Shown here piece by piece: positions 29,545-44,302 of a stretch of DNA of 64,000 nt (its first letter is position 1; the number at the start of each line of letters is the position of its first letter). The stretch is from Eledone cirrhosa (taxonomy: Eukaryota). The notes below the pieces were generated by a model. That model saw nothing but the letters and a program-made list of their open reading frames with translations, had not been told where the DNA came from and ran no database searches. The stretch is taken from positions 45,260,001 to 45,324,000 of the forward strand of contig OZ024750.1 of NCBI GenBank assembly GCA_964016885.1, read 5' to 3'. A program made the position numbers and the translations under genes.

Positions 29545-30383
29545 TATTTTAATTTATTTAAAAGATTGTTTAATGTTTACTTGTTCCGCTCATATTTACA
29601 GTTCTAGTATCTCCAATAAGTACCATGGAACAACCACTATTATAGACACGATATATATTTCCGTGGGTACTTAGTATCTACTGGAATATATATATATATA
29701 CGTAAATAAGACCGTTATTGCTCCATTACGCCTGTACCTATGACTTCAGCCAAACAAACCGTACTCTCAATATTCGTCAAATCATAGGACTACCCATTCT
29801 GCCGAACAAGGTTTACGCTCCCATACATTATTAGCTATCTAATGAGGATGACTGGCATAATCAGTGCGTAGCTGTCCTATGGGAGTCTACATGTGAAAAC
29901 AAACCGTATTTCCCGGCGCCGAAGACGCTTCGTTCTCGAGGAAGCACCCTAGCTTTGACAAGCAAAAATTTGCAAAAACTTAAAAAACTAAAAAAATAAT
30001 TGTCTCTACTTTAGGCACAAGGCCAGCAATTACCAAGTGCATTAGTGGTACTTTATTTTATCGACCCCAAAAATAATAAACAGCCGTCGGCCTCCAGGTC
30101 GCATGGTATATTTTTGAGACTTAGCTTAGGAAAACAGTAGCGACTTCGACGTCGGAAATTAATGCTATATCTGATGATCTTTTGATTCCAGAATCAAGTA
30201 CGAACATAATCGATCCTTCCTCGAGCTGATTGGCAGGGAAACATATGTAATAAGTAATTATATATGTATATGATGCAACACTGAATCTTTGTACCATAAT
30301 TATTATTTTCTATACCCTGCTACTCAATAGCATCGAGAGCACTTCTTGACATACAGCCTGTTAACGCAATCTAGTTGCATCTT

Positions 30384-30424
<41 letters not shown>

Positions 30425-31122
30425 TTCTCTCTATATATATGTGTGTGTGCGTATGTGTGTATGTGTGTGTGTATGTGTGTCTGTGTATGTGTGTGTCTGT
30501 GTGTATGTGTGTGTCTGTGTGTGTGTGTAATTATTAGTTTTTGTCAGAGATCTCTCGGATCATACTTATCATGAAAGAAATATAAAATAGCAGATATATG
30601 TTGGTTAACTTCTTAATTTAGACAATGTCTGAATTATTGAAAATTTAATCTCATTAGTAAAAGTTAAATAAATTGTATTATATGTGAAATATGATAAAGG
30701 AATTCTACCCATATCCAGATGTTTTCGCTCCAAACAAGTTTTGCATATATAACAATGAAAATATCTGTATTGGTATCTTAAGCAATACAGCTGAATTGTA
30801 ACTTCAAATCCATTGGGAATATTTCACAGAATTCAATATGAAGTAAAACATTATATATTTAGGAAATGTTTCCCGTCTGTTCCGTAATATAGTCTCTAGC
30901 CATACCATTTATTTATTTATTCAGTTATTTTCTATTCGTACTAAGAAAAATCTTATCTGGTATACTACCAAACCCTTCCAGTATATATATATATGGAGGG
31001 CTCGGTAAACTTATGTGCGTTAGAGTGCGGAAAACACATCCATGCATGCACGCACACTCCTATAAACATACATATATATATATACACACACACGCATACG
31101 CATGTTATATATATATATCTGC

Positions 31123-31184
<62 letters not shown>

Positions 31185-31231
31185 CTGTGTGTGTGTGTGT
31201 CTGTGTGTGTGTATGTGTGTGTGTATGTGTT

Positions 31232-31280
<49 letters not shown>

Positions 31281-31872
31281 ATGTGTGTGTGTATGTGTTT
31301 ATATATATATATATATGTGTGTATGTGCGTGTGTGTGTGTGTATATATGTGTGTGTGTATGTGTTTATATATATATATATATCTATGCATACATACATGA
31401 TTGCATAGGTGTCTAAATCTGTTTATGTGTGAATTTATGTAACGTCTTAATATTTGATTGCAATTATTCCATTCACTGTTAGTTCTGTAGTTCTGCCGTT
31501 GAAATAATTAACCAACAATATCATATATACACCCTTCTGTAAGAAATATGGAGCCTGTATAGTGCAATAACTATTTGTAGATAGATCCCGAAGTTGTAAA
31601 ACCAATGAACATTAACTTCAATAACAACACGAGTAACAACAATAATCTCAAGTAAAAACAACAGCTGCTCAATTGAAACTAATTTCCTTATTAGTAACAC
31701 AATATTAGCTATATGAATTAACTGTATGATTACGCACAAGAACATTACAGGAATCAATAAGAGGCAATAATATGTTCAATAAACTACAACAACAACAATA
31801 ACAACAACAACTACAATAACAAAGATAATAACGAAATAGAAAACAAAAACAAGTATAGTGATTACTAAAATA

Positions 31873-32250
31873 ATTGTTTCTACTTTTGGCACAAGGCCAG
31901 CAATTATCCTAGTGTATTACTGGTACTATATTTTATCATTCCTGTAAGGATGGAAGGCAACGTTTAACCTCGGTGGGATTTGAGTTCAGATCATAAAGGG
32001 CCGTAACTCTATGCTGCAAAGCATGGCGTCCGACCCTCTACCGGTACTGCCAATCCAATAATAATCGTTTCTACTTTTGGCACAAGGCCAGCAATTACCC
32101 CAGTGTATTACTGGTACTTTGTTTTATCATCCTGGGTAAGGATGAAAGGTAACGTTTAACCGCGGCGAGATTTGAATTCAGATCATATAGGGCCCTAACT
32201 CTATGCGTCAAATCATGGCGTCCGACCCTCTACCGATACTGCCAATCCAC
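31873..32250 (-). mobile_element. Two tandem Octopus-type tRNA SINE copies
   Basis: 31873-32056 and 32064-32250 are both reverse complements of the 33131-33348 family. Confidence 0.8.
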
Positions 32251-32329
32251 CAATAATGGATTTTAATTTAGGTACCATGGAGATTTGACAATACCAACCC
32301 AGAACATTCTAGTGTAAAATCTGTTTCAA

Positions 32330-32592
32330 GCTTGGTGGCTCATCACGACAGTACCTATCTCAGTTTCCATGGCGTTAAACGACTGAGAATACAATTCTCC
32401 CCCTGGACAGAACGCCAGTCCATTGTAGGGTTAAACATCCATGTGTTGCTGGTACTCATTTCAGATGAGTATATGGACCAACATGAAATTTAGTATTTTG
32501 CTCAAGAGCACAGCACACAACCTATTTCAGCAATCGAACACACGATGTTATGATCCTAAGTGGAACACAGCACTAGGCCACCCGCCTTCGCG
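32330..32592 (-). mobile_element. Second tRNA-derived SINE family with conserved central core
   Basis: Minus: A-box GGTGGCCTAGTG, B-box-like GTTCGATT, CTTGAGCAAAATACT, ATGGACTGGCGTTCTGTCCAGGGGGAG. Confidence 0.6.
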
Positions 32593-33130
32593 TTTAGTAA
32601 TTTATTGATACTATATTATTTTATTGAACCCAGATAACAACGACCAATGCGACGATAACATGTACTATAAGATAAATATTTCTTTATTAATTCATTTATT
32701 TATAGAGCACTAAAAACGATTTAGCGTTACACACTAAGTTTAAGATGGCTGAGTCTTTGAATTACATGTACAAATCATTTTTACCAGCTGAGTTGTCAAG
32801 AGCATCGTGAACTAAATTGTCATGCTCTAGGAAAAAATGCCCCACCGGAACACCAACTCCTGATTTTAAAATCATGAGCCAAATAAAATAACGACTATTT
32901 GATGCACCTATATAATTATTTGTAAAGCTATGTTTGTAATCAAAAGCACTTGTGTGTAACTTTACCACTCAACCCTTTTGTTAAAATAGTTCTAATAAAG
33001 GATACTGTCTATGGTTTTCAATAACTTTTTAAATAAAAATGAAAAATTTCGAAGGGTTTAGTAATATAACTAATTTTCATATCATTTAGTTGGTACTTCT
33101 AATATAGTTTAAGAACATTTGGTTGGCAAA

Positions 33131-33348
33131 GGGCGGTGGATTGGCAGTATCTGTGGAGCATCGGATAACATGCTTCATGGCTTAGAGTTATGCACCTTTA
33201 CGCTCTGAGCTCATATCCTGCCGAGGTTAACTTTGACGTTCATCCTTATGGGAGGTCGATAAAATAAAGTACCAATAATGCACTGATATCGATTTAATCA
33301 ACTTTCGCTTCCCCAAAATTGTTAGCCTTGTGCCTAAATCAGAAACAA
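33131..33348 (+). mobile_element. Octopus-type tRNA-derived SINE, near full length
   Basis: GGCGGTGGATTGGCAG..CTGAGCTCATATCCTGCCGAGG..GTCGATAAAATAAAGTACCA..CCTTGTGCCTAAATCAGAAAC. Confidence 0.8.
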
Positions 33349-33755
33349 ATATTTTACAAAATATTAGAGCTAAAGGGTTAAGTTTAAATGTGAACACTTT
33401 AAACTCTACACAATTCATGAGAATTGAAATTAAATATTTTCGACTTCAAAAATATAACGGATAATATAGGTCAACTTTGCCGTTCACGGAAAGTTAGATA
33501 TTATATCACCCAGGTAAAATTCAATGTTATATTTTTTTGAATTGTAATATCGCCAAAAGTCTCCACATTTTGAGGAAAATAGAATAGTGAATCAACGATG
33601 TGATTTGAACCTTCTTTATCTAACCAGAATGATGAAATTCAAAATTTTATTGTTGTAGAATTAAGTAGAGAAAGGTACTCAATTGAATAGAACGAACAAT
33701 TTCGTACGCCATGCTAACGACTGAAGATCTACCAACATTTATATATATATATATA

Positions 33756-33822
33756 TTTCAGCAGATCCCGCTAAGAGTGAAAGCAGCGATTCTTTGCTTA
33801 AACTTTAATCTGTTATTTTAAT
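33756..33822 (+). mobile_element. Family E module in (TA)n with hammerhead-like fold
   Basis: Homologous to 53665-53730; further copies at 18790-18850 and 36141-36220 (minus). Confidence 0.6.
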
Positions 33823-33981
33823 AAATATATATATATATATATTGGTAAACGGAATAGAAAATGCTGACAAATTGTTCACAGTGAAAAATAGTTTAATTAG
33901 GAAAAAGTGATAATTAGTAATAGTATTGGTTAGTATTAAGTTTTGGTTTTAAGTTTTAGCGGTTGATATATATATATATAT

Positions 33982-34625
33982 ATATGAAAATATGGGTGAG
34001 AAGAAAACTGCTGGTTGCACATGGATAACATGTTATAAAATGAGTCCCTCATCAGTGATTTACCAAACGATCATGGGTATTTCATCGCATTAAAAATCAT
34101 ATACCTCACGTTGGAGCGATAATAACTAAAATAAGTTATTAGGACAATAAAAACGCGTAAAGCGAGTGAGACAAGTAAACAACACAGGGGAAAGCTAACT
34201 GAAGATGGAAATAAACACAAGCAACATAGTTATTCTTTCAGCATAAGCTGTGTGAATATATGAGCGAGTCAGAAAACAGAACTTTCGCTAGTGAATCCGG
34301 TGTTAGAAAGAGTGAAAACCGTTTTCCCAGCGAACGGGAGGAAGAAAGAAGGGGAGAAACAGGGACTGAGTGAGTGGGAGTGCGAGGAAGAGGTCAGTAG
34401 AGAGAAAGAGTTAACTGACATGGCAGAGGGGACGAAAGAAAGTAAGAGAAACAGAGAGAACGAGGGAGCAGTAAGAGAGAAAGAGAGAAACACAGAATTG
34501 CAGTTTGCGTAAATATATGAAAATATGGGTGAGAAGAAAACTGCTGGTTGCACATGGATAATATGTTATAAAATGAGTCCCTCATCAGTGATTTACCAAA
34601 CGATCATGGGTATTTCATCGCATTA
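33982..34625. repeat. About 110-bp near-identical direct repeats (33982-34092, 34514-34625) flanking a purine-rich spacer
   Basis: Direct comparison shows about one mismatch. Confidence 0.8.
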
Positions 34626-34739
34626 TGCGGAGCCCATCCCTCTCCATGTCTGAATACACCAGATTTCTTCCAGGTAAAGATAGAAAGTAAGAGTGAGCGG
34701 AAATGAGATAGAGATATAGAGGAAGAATCTGCCCCATTA

Positions 34740-34943
34740 CTAGACTGGTACTTTTTTTATCGTCCTCGAAGGGATTCATGGCAAATTTGACCTCGGCGGG
34801 ATTTGAACTCAGAGAGCAGAGAACCGGATCGAATGCCATAAAGCATTCTATCCGACGTTCTAACGACTCTACCATTCTATCTGACGTTCTAACGTCTCTA
34901 CCATTCTATCAGACGTTCTAACGACTCTGCCAATTCGCCGCCT
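34740..34943 (-). mobile_element. Octopus-type SINE with internal triplicated 29-mer
   Basis: Family match; ATTCTATC.GACGTTCTAACG.CTCT occurs three times. Confidence 0.75.
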
Positions 34944-35232
34944 ATCTACCAACATTTACAGAGATTTGAATTAATATCCCGTTGATTCAAACAAAATTAA
35001 TAGTTTATTGAATGGTTATGAAAACTTAGCTAAATATACTGTCGTCTCTTTACGTGTGTCATATAAATAAGGTTCTCTATCAAATATATCATGATACATA
35101 GAGAGAGTATAAAAAACTAAGGTTTGGGGAGGCTTTCCTCCATGTAATGACGGGTAATTACAGCAACATAGATTTAAACCGTATGTATATATATGTATAG
35201 GCTAACTTAACTAGCAACTACACTGCCATCCT

Positions 35233-35364
<132 letters not shown>

Positions 35365-35375
35365 TATATATAAAT

Positions 35376-35410
<35 letters not shown>

Positions 35411-35427
35411 AATATATATATATAAAT

Positions 35428-35466
<39 letters not shown>

Positions 35467-35483
35467 AATATATATATATAAAT

Positions 35484-35532
<49 letters not shown>

Positions 35533-35534
35533 TA

Positions 35535-35618
<84 letters not shown>

Positions 35619-35985
35619 CATATATATATATATAATATATATATAGTTAAATATAGAAACACATGTATATTAGAGATTCCGGTCTATATATACTGATTGT
35701 AGCTAATTATCTGCTCGCTCAGCTCTTGGTATTCCACGAATGTGAGCAGACATAAACCCGAGTCCGTATTTCATTAGCGATGAATTTGGACTTAAGACGA
35801 ATTGTATTAATGTTTGCAATTATTTGCCAGCAAATGTTTGAAGTAGATCTCGTTGAGAAGGGGCGTGTTCCAATGTGTAAACAGAGTGATATTAGCGAAC
35901 GTTTGCTTATATGTATGTACTCACTACCACCCACTAACACACATATATAAATAAATAAATAAATAAACACACAGACACACACACG

Positions 35986-36033
<48 letters not shown>

Positions 36034-36530
36034 AATATATATATATATAAGTATTCATATATATGTGTGCTTGTGAGTGCATATATATATATATACGTGC
36101 ACTCATATATATATATATATTTATTTATTTATTTATTAATATAACAAATTAAAGTTTCAGCAAACAATCACTGCTTTCAACATTAACGGGATCTTCTGAA
36201 ATAAAAAAAATCAATCTGTGAACGCAGAAGTAAATATTACGAAAACGTTGCAACCTAAGGAAAACAGGAAGGCGATACTTTGGTTCGTGGAAACGTTCCC
36301 TGGAAAAGAACGAAAAAAAATGAAGATAATACGTCATTATTTGGAGCGTTGAAAAAAAATACATGCAAGGACAAACCACGTTTATGGTATAAATGAAATC
36401 GTAGACTAATATACTATTAGCTTGTTCGTGGAGACGGTCTCTGGTAATGAACGGAAAAACGAAGAAGCCCCTCACCGCCTCCTCAATTTCTGCACAGATA
36501 CACAAATGTATACAGATGTATGAATATATG

Positions 36531-36560
<30 letters not shown>

Positions 36561-36562
<2 letters not shown>

Positions 36563-37960
36563 ACACATAGTGCTGGGCCCATGGTACCATGTGACGACAA
36601 GTGAAGAGAGATCTCCAGATATAAAGCAATGCCTGTGCCGTGAAGCTTTTATAGTGAGCAAAGGCACTGCACAAAGCCAGTCCCACTCTCTTAACCAAGA
36701 TGATATTTACCAAAAAGAAGAACAAGTCAACATCATTGGATACCATCAGGGTTGCAGGTGTTATATCAGAGTTTTCCTTCTCCTAGAATTCTGCCTTGAC
36801 AAAGGCTAAGGGGTCATCTCTCCCGGTGATTTTGGATGGCCATTGACTCTTAAGAGCTCATTTGCCCTTTGACAGGTTTTGTTTTTATTCCTGCAGGATG
36901 TCCAAAGTCACCCTCCTTACCAAGAAACCTTGGTGGGGTTGCCAGTTTAGTCGCCAACGACCCGACCATGAGACGGGTTGTACTGGGATACATGTTACCA
37001 GTAGCACCAACTGGTGACCTGACATGAGATTTCTCTGCACTTGTCATCACATGGTATCATGGGCCCAGCACTATGTGTCAATATTTGTCACAAGTGTAGT
37101 GTTTGTACCAGAGTTTTCAAGTCGCTGGCTGGACTAAAAAGTCACTCGTTCAGCGCATCGGTAGGAGTTCTCCTACATGGATATAAAGTAGTGTCCGTAC
37201 TCGAAAACGAATTGGCAGCCACCATGTATGTATGATGTTGACTTGTTCTTCTTTTTGGAAAATATCATCTTGGTTAAGAGAGTGGGACTGGCTTTGTGCA
37301 GTGCCTTTGCTCACTATAAAAGCTTCACGGCACAGGCATTGCTTTATATCTGGAGATCTCTCTGCACTTGTCGTCACATGGTACCATGGGCCCAGCACTA
37401 TGTGTCAATAATTGTCACAAGTGTAGTGTTTGTACCAGAGTTTTCAAGTCGCTGGCTGGACTAAAAAGTCACACTCGTTCAGCGCATCGGTAGGGGTTCT
37501 CCTACATCGATATAAAGTACTCGAAAACGAGTTGGCAGCCACCATGTACATATGTATGTATATGTATATGTGTATATACATGGGTGCATGTGTATGTAAA
37601 TGTGCGGGGAAATAGAAATAGCCGGGCTGGACACCCTACAGGCCGATTAAACCACTGGGTGTCAAGGACCTCTAGCTTGTCTCAGGGCATTCTTCTAGAA
37701 GGCAATCTCGGGAAACTTGGATAACTCAGATATAAACCTGCGGCTCAGTAGTTACCGATGATGTTGATATTTTCTTCTGTTTGGGTTATAGTACTGTCGC
37801 TCAGGGAGTGGGATTGGCTCAGTGCACAGTATTTCCTGACTTTAAAAAAATATCTTCAGGCACAGGCATTGCACGATAGAAGTAATTGATAATTATTAAT
37901 AAAGTTATATCGTGCAATGGCCATACTCGATAACGAGGGGACAGCCATCATGTATGTATG
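36561..37960. mobile_element. Rearranged cluster of RTE-tailed short elements and RTE 3' ends
   Basis: 36561-36733 is inverted at 37232-37408; 37036-37232 is duplicated at 37365-37550 and encodes CSVCTRVFKSLAGLKSH (RTE C-terminal Zn-finger-like) before (GTAT)n tails. Confidence 0.7.
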
Positions 37961-38174
37961 TATGCATACATGCGTATGTAGAAATATTTAAACCACTGGT
38001 CCCTCACATCATTTGAAAGTTCAGCGAACCAAATCAACCAACCCAACCCAACCCAACTGGAAATAAAGTTCATCACTGCAACATATGCAGAAAGGAATAT
38101 AAATCCTTTGCAAGGCTAAATATTCATGTTAGTGGCACTCATATGTAAGAAGGGGATTAGGTGGAAGCAATTCT

Positions 38175-38224
<50 letters not shown>

Positions 38225-38307
38225 GTTTACATATATATATATATACATACATACATATACGTGTTTTGCAACGGGTCACTTTGTGGCTCAATGAAAAGTT
38301 AATAGAG

Positions 38308-38680
38308 CTATATATCATAAAACATGTCTATAGTATCACCAGATAAAATATATACCATTTCCTCTCCCAATTAGCATAATTAACCATATAAAAAATCGAA
38401 AGACCAAGCTATAAGAATAAGGCTTCTATGAAGGAATCTCCGACAAATAACCGAAACCAGCCCTTCGCGTCGGCTGCAACGGAATATTTATCGAATATTC
38501 GACAGCGTAATCGCCTGGATATATAGTCATTTCGGTTATTTGTTGGAGATTTCTTCATAGAAGCCTTATTCTTATAGCCTGGTCTATTCGATTTTTTATA
38601 TGGTTAATTATGCTAATTGGGAGAGGAAATGGTATATATTTTATCTGGTGATTCTATAGACATGTTTTATGATATATATA
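38308..38680. repeat. About 145-bp-arm inverted repeat in (TA)n (PLE-like fold-back)
   Basis: 38311-38456 is the reverse complement of 38531-38676. Confidence 0.8.
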
Positions 38681-39168
38681 TATATATATGTATATATAGT
38701 AATAATAATAAATTTGATTCTTTGCTTAACCTTTAATCTGTTATTTTAATATAAATATATATATATATATATATACGTGGAGTCAGTAATAGCTACACTA
38801 TCTATAGCATTTTGGAGCAAAACCCGTTGATAACACGACTGCCTTGTTCATCATCTCACCTGAAGCCCGACATTCTCTATGTAGGCGGACAGTACCTGAT
38901 TTTGGAGTCGCAGAAACCAATATTAGATTTTACCATCAGTCCAGGGTCCGGGAAAGTATCAACACATATATTTTTATTGTTTGACCCGAATTACTTGGTC
39001 GTTTGTTTTGGCTTTGCGGATGATCTGTTTAACCATCATCTGAGTGTGTTTGGCCCCTAACGTATGTTGTAGCTCTGATTCACATGAATCATCGAGCGCT
39101 TGCCACACATCTCGGACGTTGATTTTCGTTAATTCCTGTGCTGAAAACGATTCTCGCTAATTTATATT

Positions 39169-39280
<112 letters not shown>

Positions 39281-39622
39281 TCAGAATGGATACGGGAGAA
39301 ACCTGTTAGACCATTACTGACGAGCGAGAGTGCAAGATACTTGAGGCAGTAGAGTGGGTAATGTGAAGGATTCGGTACCCCATGGCTGAGCTCTTGATAT
39401 TTCAACGGCTAAGTTTATGATGTTTCGGATGTAGCTGTTGTTATGGCAGGAGATTAGGGGTCGGGGTCCCGAATCCTTCATATATATATATATATATATT
39501 AAAGAAATCGCTATTAATGAATTCCCCTTTCTTTCAACCAATAACCTCCACCCATCCCACTCACCACTCTCTCCTACCACATGAAAAGATATAAATACCA
39601 CAACATTTATTTTTGGAAAGCC

Positions 39623-39673
39623 AGATTCCTGATGATTTCTAAAGAATGAAAGTGTTCCAGTCCTGTAGAATCT
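39623..39673 (+). ncRNA. Family C hammerhead (helix III mutated)
   Basis: AGATTC-CTGATGA..GAAA-GTG..CTG-TA-GAATCT. Confidence 0.6.
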
Positions 39674-39685
39674 CATCTATATTAA

Positions 39686-39754
<69 letters not shown>

Positions 39755-39925
39755 ATAATACAAGGATGATTTGTTATCCCTCCATGACGTTTATTGATAG
39801 GTGACGCGCGTTTCGCTATTGATCAGCTGAAGGTTCGGTCCGTACTCGTTACTAAACTGAACCTAAACATCGAGTGCTCACCTGGGTGAACCTATAGTAA
39901 CTTCATGTTATACTCCCTGGATATA

Positions 39926-40107
<182 letters not shown>

Positions 40108-40157
40108 TATATAATAAAACAAGGATGAGTCATTACTCCTTCATTACGTTTATTTTT

Positions 40158-40242
40158 GGTGACGCGTGTTTCGCCACCGATCAGCTCAAGGTACGATCTG
40201 TATCCATCTAGCCCGACACTATAATCCACGGCTCGTCAGACC
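40158..40242 (-). ncRNA. Hammerhead with long helix II insert (family J); diverged sister at about 39790-39890
   Basis: Minus: GGT-CTGACGA-GCC...GGC-GAAA-CACGCG-TC-ACC. Confidence 0.65.
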
Positions 40243-40312
40243 CTTTTAGTGGTCAAGAAAAAATCAAGTGCGCACACGGGCGAACCTACAGTAACTCCGC
40301 GTTAAACTCCGT

Positions 40313-40399
<87 letters not shown>

Positions 40400-40402
40400 T
40401 AT

Positions 40403-40775
40403 GTAGGAGGTGAGTTGTATTGTAGTACAATAAAGCAATGCAAATATCGGATAAGTAGCACTCTAGAGTTTGTAGGACTGGAGTATTAATAATATATAAG
40501 ATCAAAAGATGGTTAAAAGAGTTCCATGTATTTTATTATGCGCATTTCAAAAACAAATATCATCATGCGATGATATATGCGTTTTCATCAGATAAAATAG
40601 GGTTACATGATATGAAGGTTAAAACTTCACTATTCACAAGTGTTTTTTAACCTTCATATCATGTATCCCTATTTTATTTGATGAAAACGCATATCATCTC
40701 ATGATGATATTTGTTTTTGAAATGCGCATAATAAAATACATGGAACTCTTTTAACCATCTTTTGATCTTATATAT
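40403..40775. mobile_element. Family B fold-back with two opposed HHR motifs (40529-40599 minus, intact; 40670-40738 plus, C3>T)
   Basis: Arms homologous to 10665-10905. Confidence 0.85.
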
Positions 40776-40930
<155 letters not shown>

Positions 40931-41214
40931 GTATACATCGATGGAGGTTGGGCAACTATGTTTCTATATACTTGCGTGAATGTATTTTATTCTCTATTAG
41001 TGTTTCTGCTTCATTCAGATTACTATTTGTTTGTACTTTAATCAGTGTTGTCATTAAATGCGAGTTGTTTTTGTTGTTGCTGTTGTTGCTGCAGTTGTTG
41101 GTGGTGGAGCTGTTGTTGGTGGTGGTGGTGCTGTAGTTGTTGTGGTAATAATTATTATAACTGGTGTTATTAATAATATTAGTATTAATATCATTATTGT
41201 GGTTGACTGTGCGT

Positions 41215-41337
41215 TTCTTCTTCTTCTTCTTCTTCTTCTTCTTCTTCTTCTTCTTCTTCTTCTTCTTCTTCTTCTTCTTCTTCTTCTTCTTCTTCTTCAT
41301 CATCATCATCCTCATCATCTTCTTCATCATTATCTTT

Positions 41338-41376
<39 letters not shown>

Positions 41377-41445
41377 GCCATCTTCTTCTTCTTCTTCTTC
41401 TTCTTCTTCTTCTTCTTCTTCTTCTTCTTCTTCTTCTTCTTCTTC
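41215..41445. repeat. (TTC)n-(ATC)n-(TTC)n compound trinucleotide repeat
   Basis: Direct reading. Confidence 0.95.
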
Positions 41446-41924
41446 TCCTAACTCGTCGCCTTCCTCTACTCCTTCATCCAACACACCACCTCTACTTTCT
41501 CCATCTACACCCCCCCCCTACACACACACTATCTCTCATATCCACTGTTAGTGATAATATTTGCCTAATTTCTAGCACATATTTCCATGAACCGTTCAGA
41601 AATCTCTTCCTATATTCCTGTAACGTCTCTATCACTCTCACTTTTCTCATTTCTCTATCGTCTCTAGCTAAGCCATTGACACCATTGCTTAATGAAGTGA
41701 GTTTATTTGGAAAACAGTTTGGCGTTTAGGCGGTGGCGTCTCCTCTGATTGGTCTATTCTGGCAAACAGAATCTTAGACAAAGGAAGCCAAAGGAGCTAA
41801 GCAGTCACAAAGACGCCCAGCTTTTGTAAAAGTCTAAACCATCAGGTTGATTTTTCTCTCTAGTTATCGTTTTCCGTGTTTGATGAGGAGATAAAAACAA
41901 CAATATGGAAACAAAGCATTAATA

Positions 41925-42670
41925 AACACACGCACAGATTCACACACACAAACACACACTCACACCCACACACGCACAGATACATACACAGACACATACG
42001 CACACATATACACAACCATACACACGCACACACATACTCACACTCACACACACACACACACACAGATACAGATGCTCACGTACACACAAACACGCACACG
42101 CACATACACACATACACACACACATACACACGCACACACACACACACTCATACACATATACATACACAAACACATACACACACACATATACACACACACA
42201 CACGCACATACACACACGCTCATACACATACACACACACATTCACACACACATACATACACAAACACATACACTCACACATACACACAAACATACACACG
42301 CACAGACACACACACAGATACACGCAGATACACATACTCAAACCCACACATACACACGCACATACACATACAGAGATCCACACACATACACACACATATA
42401 TACATACGCGCAGACATACGCACATACACACATTCACAGTTAAATACACACATACACACAAACATATATACACACACATACACACTCAAATACACAAACA
42501 TACACACACTCAAACTCACATACACACACACACTGATACACTCATATACACAAACAAACAGACACACACAGAGATACAGGCACACACAAACACACACGCA
42601 CACATATACACGCACAGAAACACACACATACACACATAAACATAGATACACATACAAACACATAGATACA
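41925..42670. repeat. Degenerate (CA)n tract
   Basis: Direct reading. Confidence 0.9.
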
Positions 42671-42788
42671 TATAAAAAATGTAAAATGTAAATGAATCTG
42701 GCACACAAACACGCATTAGACAGAATTAAATGAAGAAAACAAGCCAGGATCTCACACCGATACGCCCACACCTACGTCCCGACACACG

Positions 42789-42844
<56 letters not shown>

Positions 42845-43001
42845 TATACATGTATCTAATTATATATATGTATATATGCATACATGTACACACATACACA
42901 CCTGTATGTGTTTATGTGTGTATGTGTATGATTTTGGCTGTATATGAAATCATATACGAAATTTTCATGTAAACATATAAACATAAAAATATAGCTCTCA
43001 C

Positions 43002-43051
<50 letters not shown>

Positions 43052-43118
43052 TGACACACAAAAACAAGATGGCGCAGGACAGAACAAAGGAGAGGCACAA
43101 AACAAAGAAAAGAATACC

Positions 43119-43163
43119 TGTCACTGATGAGGTCACAGAATGTGTGACGAAAGAACTTTGGCA
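43119..43163 (+). ncRNA. Minimal type I hammerhead (family K)
   Basis: TGTCA-CTGATGA-G-GTCACA(GAATG)TGTGAC-GAAA-GAAC-TT-TGGCA. Confidence 0.65.
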
Positions 43164-43366
43164 ATATATGAACAAACAACCAACCAAACAACCGAAAGTT
43201 ATAAATTTCTTAAATGTATAATTTCATTTAACTTATAATAAATTGGAGTAAAAGCAACTGGTGCGTGTGTTTCTTATTGGCAACATGACCCTCCCACACT
43301 ATAACAATATCGGTTTCAACACACGTTTTCAGATAAAGAACCTTGCGAAACAAATTCAAGAACGAA

Positions 43367-43397
<31 letters not shown>

Positions 43398-44302
43398 AGG
43401 AAGAAAGTGTGGTAAGGGAGTAGTTGGAGCATAACACACCAGAGTACTCAATACTTAGGGTAGTAGAGTGGGTAATAGAAAAATGTATAACCCCGACGGA
43501 GTTATACATTTTCTTCTATATGTAATGGCATTGATAAATATGCTGGGCCCGTCAACCCTTATTATTATTATATATATATATATATATATAAATGAAAGGT
43601 ATATATATATATATATAAATGAAAGTATTGTAGCAAGAAGCCAACAGTATTCCATAATATATAAGTGACTATAGCGTCAAAATGGGAAAATAGTTAACGT
43701 AAGATGTGGGAAAAATAATTCAAACTCAATTCAAAAAGAATCAGGATATGGGTTTATCCAACAGAATTTAGTGAAATCCAGGGAAAACTCATGATAAAAT
43801 AAAGTTTAAAATACTCCTCCTTCAATTTGGAACAACTACAAATGCTCTGTATAATCTTGAAAATACTATTTCACGAAAACTTTCAGTGGGGATGGTCACG
43901 GTTGGAATTCGATCGTCAGCAGAGCTCAACACGATAGCCAAAATCTCACTGATTAAATGCCAAAAAGGGAATTTAAAAGCAAGCTAGTTTAACATCATGC
44001 GTGATTATGAAAATAAAACGAACATGTGGAAAAACAGGGCTGGTGACGTCAGAATGAGACGAATGTTTGTTTACATGAAACAACAGTCAAAAACATTGCG
44101 AAAAAAACTCTACAATAAGGAGTTCAGCAAAAAGCAATATTATCGCGGTTTTTTTTTGTTTAAATACCGGGATTAGTTACAAATAATTTAAGCACTCTAG
44201 GAAAGAAATCCGAGTATAAATATATAAATGAAAGGTATAGAAAATATTGTAGAAAGAAACCATATATATATATATATATTTACATATATATATATATATA
44301 AT

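Noticed and set aside
30165-30215. CTGATGA plus hairpin as a hammerhead
   Set aside because: GAAC instead of GAAA and no helix I.
37822-37866. Minus-strand GTGC-CTGAAGA..GAAA..GCAC as a hammerhead
   Set aside because: No UH site or helix II, and homologous copies read GTGAAG.
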